Assembly: GCA_963665095.1 (NCBI GenBank)
Contig: OY762069.1
Coordinates: 2,208,001 to 2,272,000, forward strand
Direction: 5' to 3'
Length of the DNA: 64,000 nucleotides
Source: an uncultured Desulfobacter sp.
GTDB lineage: Bacteria > Desulfobacterota > Desulfobacteria > Desulfobacterales > Desulfobacteraceae
Translations under genes and position numbers: made by a program
Shown: positions 60,867-64,000 of the stretch, one piece after another
Position numbering within the stretch: position 1 is the stretch's first letter
Layout: each line of letters opens with the position of its first letter
Notes under the pieces: generated by a model
What the model was told of the DNA's origin: nothing
Database searches by the model: none
What the model saw: the letters and a program-made list of their open reading frames with translations, nothing else

Positions 60867-62327
60867 TTACTTATTACGTCCATAGACATCGTCAAACCTG
60901 ACAATATCATCCTCACCCAGGTAGGGACCGGACTGCACCTCAATCAGTTCCAGAGGAATCTTGCCCGGATTTTCCAGCCGGTGCAGGGTGCCCAAAGGGA
61001 TATAGACAGACTGGTCTTCCTTGAGCAGAATCTCTTCTTCACCCTTGGTGACAATGGCGGATCCCGATACCACGGTCCAGTGCTCGGCCCTGTGGTAATG
61101 CTTCTGCAAAGAGAGTTTGGCACCGGGTTTGACGGTAATGCGTTTGACCTGGTACCTGTCCGCCATATCAATGGTTTCATAATCTCCCCAGGGCCGGTAA
61201 ACCTTGGCATGGGTCTTTGCCTCTTCACGATCGCCGGCTTTCAGCTGTCCCACAATCTTTTTCACATCCTGGACCTGGTTCCTGGGCGCCACCAGCACGG
61301 CATCCTTGGTGTCCACAATAACAAACTTGTCAAGCCCGACAGCTGCCACAAGACGCCCGTCGGAATGAATATAGGTGTCCGTGACATTGTGCACCAGCAC
61401 ATCCCCGCTGGTGACATTGTTCTGCGCATCCTTATCCCCGGTCTGCCACAGGGCATCAAAGGAGCCAAGGTCATTCCACCCGGCATCCAGCGTAATAACC
61501 ACCCCTTTATCTGTTTTTTCCATCACTGCATAGTCAATGGAATCCTCGGCAATGGCCTCAAAAGCGCCTTTGTCCACCCTGAAAAAATCAAGGTCCTTTG
61601 CGCCTTTTTCAATGGCTTTTCGGCACTTTTCCATCATATCAGGGTTAAATTTTTCAAGCTCGGCACTGAACGTACCGGCCTGAAACATGAACATTCCGGA
61701 GTTCCAGCAGAATTCGCCGGATTCAAGATAGCGGACGGCTGTATCATAATCAGGTTTTTCAACAAACCGGTCTATCATGAAAGCCGGATCCGCACAGTCA
61801 AGGGCCTCACCTTTTTTAATATACCCGTACCCTGTTTCCGGGGTTGAGGGCACAATGCCGAAGGTGACCAGTTTTCCTTCAGCTGCCAGCCTTGCTCCGG
61901 CAGTGATAATTTTCTGGAACTCCCGGGCATTTTTGATTTCATGATCTGCCGGCAATACCAGCATGACCGGGTCTTCGCCCTCTTGAGAGGCAACCGGTTC
62001 TGCCGCGCTTTCTGCCTTTATTTTGTCTGTGATGGACAGGGCAGCCAGGGCAATGGCCGGCGCAGTATTCCGGGCCGCAGGTTCAAGGATGATCTCAAAG
62101 CGCTCACTACCGATTTTACGAATTTGTTCGGCAGTCATAAACCGGTGATTTTCGTTGCAGATAATAACCGGGTCAGCCAGGCCGTCCAAACCGGACAGGC
62201 GCAAAAGCGTGTTCTGCAGCATGGTATGTTCATTGTAAAGATTAATGAGCTGTTTGGGATAAAGGGCCCTTGACATGGGCCACAACCGGGTACCGGAACC
62301 ACCGGCCAGAATCACAGGTACAATCAT
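60867..62327 (-). CDS. manC: Mannose-1-phosphate guanylyltransferase / mannose-6-phosphate isomerase
   Basis: LAGGSGTRLWP.SR..YPKQ, FVEKP, WNSGMF, RPWG, LSLQKHYHRAEHW. Confidence 0.95.
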   Translation of the reverse strand: MIVPVILAGGSGTRLWPMSRALYPKQLINLYNEHTMLQNTLLRLSGLDGLADPVIICNENHRFMTAEQIRKIGSERFEIILEPAARNTAPAIALAALSITDKIKAESAAEPVASQEGEDPVMLVLPADHEIKNAREFQKIITAGARLAAEGKLVTFGIVPSTPETGYGYIKKGEALDCADPAFMIDRFVEKPDYDTAVRYLESGEFCWNSGMFMFQAGTFSAELEKFNPDMMEKCRKAIEKGAKDLDFFRVDKGAFEAIAEDSIDYAVMEKTDKGVVITLDAGWNDLGSFDALWQTGDKDAQNNVTSGDVLVHNVTDTYIHSDGRLVAAVGLDKFVIVDTKDAVLVAPRNQVQDVKKIVGQLKAGDREEAKTHAKVYRPWGDYETIDMADRYQVKRITVKPGAKLSLQKHYHRAEHWTVVSGSAIVTKGEEEILLKEDQSVYIPLGTLHRLENPGKIPLELIEVQSGPYLGEDDIVRFDDVYGRNK

Positions 62328-62337
62328 TGTTTCTCCT

Positions 62338-63249
62338 TTATTTCTGCGCAAGATAGAGCGTCAGTGTCAGATCTTTTTCCAGAGGAAATAATTTAAACTG
62401 CTTCAGTGTAAAGCCACTGCGGGCAAGCCAGCCGGACACCTGCTGTTCTGTAAACCCCAGCCACACCCCGCCGATAATATCCTTGACCTGTTCCTGATCA
62501 TGTTTCAAAAAATCCGCCAGAATAAAAAAACCGCCCGGCGTCAAAACCCTGTAAACTTCACTGATGGCTTTTTCCGGTTCAGGCACATGGTACAGGACCA
62601 TGCTCATTAACGCGGCATCAGCCTCCTTTTCCCGCATGGGAAGATTTTCAAGCTCGCCAATGCGAAGCTCAAGGCCCTCTCTTTCAGGCAGCCGGAGCCT
62701 GGCCTGTTCCAGCATCTCAGGAGAAGCATCCACACCGATCAGGGTGGTGTTTTTCCTTTTTAAAAGCCCTGCCAGCATTTCACCGGTGCCGCAGCCGAGA
62801 TCCGCAATGATCTTTGCCCTTTTCAGGTATTTTTCAAATATCGGATTGGGATTAAATTCTCCCAAAACAGTTTTCTTTAACCGGTCCCAGCGCGGCGCAG
62901 CAGATCTGAAAAACCGCCTGGACTTGTTTTTCCTTAAGGCAATGCACTGCTCCGTGCGGACAAGGTCTTCCAGAAGTGCCGGCTCATCCTTAAGTGCCTG
63001 GCAGGCAAGGGTGATCAGCGCCTGGTTCGGACCAGCCTTATCTGTGGAATAGTATATAAAGCTGCCATCTTTTCTGGATACCAGAAGCCCGGCCTCCAAA
63101 AGAATTTTTAAATGGCGCGATACCCCGGACTGCACCATGTTTACCACGGATACAATTTCATTCACATTGAGTTCAAAATGCTCCAGAATAAATAAAAGCC
63201 GCAACCGGGTAGGATCAGACAGCGCCTTGAACTGTTTAATAATTTTCAT
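62338..63249 (-). CDS. ArsR-family regulator fused to a SAM methyltransferase domain (SahR-like)
   Basis: KALSDPTRLR ... VSRHLKIL; DLGCGTG. Confidence 0.88.
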   Translation of the reverse strand: MKIIKQFKALSDPTRLRLLFILEHFELNVNEIVSVVNMVQSGVSRHLKILLEAGLLVSRKDGSFIYYSTDKAGPNQALITLACQALKDEPALLEDLVRTEQCIALRKNKSRRFFRSAAPRWDRLKKTVLGEFNPNPIFEKYLKRAKIIADLGCGTGEMLAGLLKRKNTTLIGVDASPEMLEQARLRLPEREGLELRIGELENLPMREKEADAALMSMVLYHVPEPEKAISEVYRVLTPGGFFILADFLKHDQEQVKDIIGGVWLGFTEQQVSGWLARSGFTLKQFKLFPLEKDLTLTLYLAQK

Positions 63250-63278
63250 TTAAAAAAATGTAAGCCCAGCGTCAAAAA

Positions 63279-63956
63279 TTAAATATCCAGCTCATCTCCA
63301 AATGCCATGGCGTTACACCCCATACCCTGGGCCGTAATTTTGGCACAGAAATCCCGGGGATCAGCCTGAATCACCTCAAAGGTGTTGTAATGCATGGGAA
63401 TGGCCTGGACAGGATTTACAAAGGTGCATGCCATGACCGCATCATCAATGCCCATGGTGAAATTATCTCCAATGGGCACCATCATGGTGTGCACGTCATT
63501 GAGCTGCCCGATCAGCTTCATATCGGAAAAAAGGCCGGTATCACCGGTATGATACAGCGTAATACCGTTGATGGTAATTAGAAAACCTGTGGGCGTACCG
63601 TGGCATTCATTGTCCGGCGTGACAGATCCGTGCAGCGCCTGGGTCAGTTTGACCCGGCCGAAGTTAAAATCAAATCCACCGCCGATATGCATGTTGTGCA
63701 CCCGCAGCCCTTTGCCACCCAGGTAAGAGGCCAGTTCATTTTCACAGATGCAAAGGGAGTTACACCTTTGGGCAATGCTCAAGGTGTCTCCGATATGGTC
63801 GCCGTGCCCGTGGGAAATAAGGATATAGTCGGCATCCACGTCCAGGGCTTTTACCGGTGAGGTAGGGTTGTTGTCCAGAAAAGGATCAATAAGAATTTTA
63901 GTTCCGTCGTCACAGGTGATCTGAAACGCTGAATGGGAAAAATATCTTAATTTCAT
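63279..63956 (-). CDS. Metal-dependent hydrolase, metallo-beta-lactamase fold (UPF0173)
   Basis: IDPF, SHGHGDHIGD, YHTGDT, PMHYNTF. Confidence 0.9.
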   Translation of the reverse strand: MKLRYFSHSAFQITCDDGTKILIDPFLDNNPTSPVKALDVDADYILISHGHGDHIGDTLSIAQRCNSLCICENELASYLGGKGLRVHNMHIGGGFDFNFGRVKLTQALHGSVTPDNECHGTPTGFLITINGITLYHTGDTGLFSDMKLIGQLNDVHTMMVPIGDNFTMGIDDAVMACTFVNPVQAIPMHYNTFEVIQADPRDFCAKITAQGMGCNAMAFGDELDI

Positions 63957-64000
63957 GAATAAAGCCCTCCTTTTTCAAAATTATGTTTTGTTTTATCATA

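Overview
Chromosomal window from an anaerobe whose gene content is typical of sulfate-reducing Desulfobacterota (Desulfobacteraceae-like; this is inference). It holds about 45 protein genes, one tRNA-Ala(GGC) and three decayed genes. No CRISPR array, transposase or integrase was seen. The main finding is two in-frame UGA codons that the ORF track reads as stops but that look like selenocysteine. One is the classic FdhA case in a NuoE/NuoF/FdhA operon (TGA 38307-38309). The other is in a predicted 675-aa, 13-CXXCH exported cytochrome: a c3-like tetraheme domain fused to an octaheme tetrathionate-reductase-family core (TGA 47247-47249, minus strand). That UGA replaces the conserved Cys of the NN(F/Y)C motif and is followed by a SECIS-like hairpin. 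The cytochrome gene lies in a sigma-54 operon with a Cys-less TusA-like protein, a HybA-like Fe-S protein and an NrfD/HybB anchor, opposite an activator with a Cys-rich PAS domain. Other notable loci are a GntR-linked operon (opine dehydrogenase, UroD-family enzyme, ECF importer, CDF, cysteine desulfidase) of unknown substrate, an 18-codon uORF plus terminator upstream of fmdE, a SidJ-related pseudokinase, draT/draG without nif genes nearby, a PHP-like membrane protein, and a dynamin/SLOG/rhomboid-DnaJ_C cluster. All family calls come from motif recognition by eye; no searches were run.
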